Made by a program: the position numbers and the translations under genes
Assembly (NCBI GenBank): GCA_963761305.1
Contig: CAVXGK010000002.1
Span: forward strand, 3,355,431 to 3,419,430
Direction: 5' to 3'
Source: an uncultured Gemmatimonadaceae bacterium
Lineage (GTDB): Bacteria > Gemmatimonadota > Gemmatimonadetes > Gemmatimonadales > Gemmatimonadaceae
Length of the DNA: 64,000 nt
Part shown: positions 63,407 through 64,000 of the stretch, in pieces
Layout of the letters: each line of letters begins with the position of its first letter
Numbering within the stretch: position 1 is the first letter of the stretch
Notes under the pieces: model-generated
Seen by the model: only the letters and a program-made list of their open reading frames with translations
The model's database searches: none
What the model was told of the DNA's origin: nothing

Positions 63407-64000
63407 TTATAGTCCGCCCGTCAATGAACCGTAAATTCGACATGCAACATCGGTATCGCTCAGGTAGCCGTCGATGGCGTGATGGTTTTCGCTAGTATTC
63501 TGCACGTTGCACTTATTCTCGATCGCGGGAACAACACGAAAGTGCCCCTCGTTTAGAGGATGCAATGCGACGACATCGAGCGGGTCGAAACGCATTCAAC
63601 CAGCTTCCCACGCAATTCGGATGTCGGATTCGTCCGAGAGCAATCCGCACGGCGCCGACCGCCAACGGCGAACCTACGGTTACAAAAAGCGGTGCCCTCC
63701 AATTCTCCGCGTCGCCGCGGTCTCGAAGAAGCCAATACGCGACTACGGTGCCGAGCGAATCAGCGACGACCACGTTCTCTCGCTCAGCCGAGAATGCCTG
63801 TGCAACGCCATCGTTGATCCTTTGCCGAAACGCGCTGTTTGTGAGATAGACGTAGACGTCTCGAAGAAACAGGCCGATGGCCAAGCCGCTGGCACCTTGA
63901 ATGTTAGAGTCAATGGCGGCAAGCAGCCAATGAACCCAAGGCAGGTTCAAGGGGCCCTTCTCACCGAGAGCAGAATCGCGACGTTCCTTCAACATTTCTG
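63407..64000 (-). CDS. alpha/beta hydrolase-like protein (5' end outside window, frameshift near 63590)
   Basis: RDVYVYL, VVADSLGTVVAY, FVTVGSPL, DVVAL, NHHAIDGYL. Confidence 0.75.

Noticed and set aside
1..64000. tRNA, rRNA, reverse transcriptase or phage structural genes
   Set aside because: None recognised by eye; tRNAscan and Rfam searches would be needed to exclude small RNAs.

Overview
High-GC bacterial DNA. The gene repertoire (AraC/TPR/small-lipoprotein cluster, Uma2 paralogues, serine hydrolases, apparently leaderless genes) suggests Gemmatimonadota, by inference. Many genes carry 1-2 nt frameshifts, including the housekeeping gene pgm, so many breaks are probably long-read or assembly indels. 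The window has three zones. (1) 1-11.4 kb holds lipoproteins, a LuxR/OmpR/AraC/TPR regulatory cluster around a 68-aa lipopeptide, and a membrane protein plus vWA-lipoprotein pair. (2) 11.4-43.2 kb holds ordinary genes (pgm, AI-2E, S1C proteases, DoxX/HxlR, M48, DUF481) interleaved with about 14 co-oriented copies of an unrecognised ~350-bp bipartite hairpin element. Its two arms (A and B) have mutually inverted cores and show compensatory changes. Four full and two fragmentary Uma2 endonuclease genes sit beside this element, along with two XRE genes, four toxin-antitoxin-like pairs, a 1.75-kb segmental duplication and gene fragments broken at element ends. (3) 43.3-64 kb is a decaying defence-type island. 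It contains a methyltransferase, a Type III Res/UvrD deletion fusion, GIY-YIG, a TerY-P triad, DUF2779 plus a HEPN-like protein, orphan antitoxins, an IS21 and a caspase/partner/alpha-beta hydrolase locus. The best novelty candidate is the hairpin element with its Uma2/XRE association; the second is the DUF2779 plus HEPN-like pair. No rRNA, tRNA or CRISPR array was recognised.
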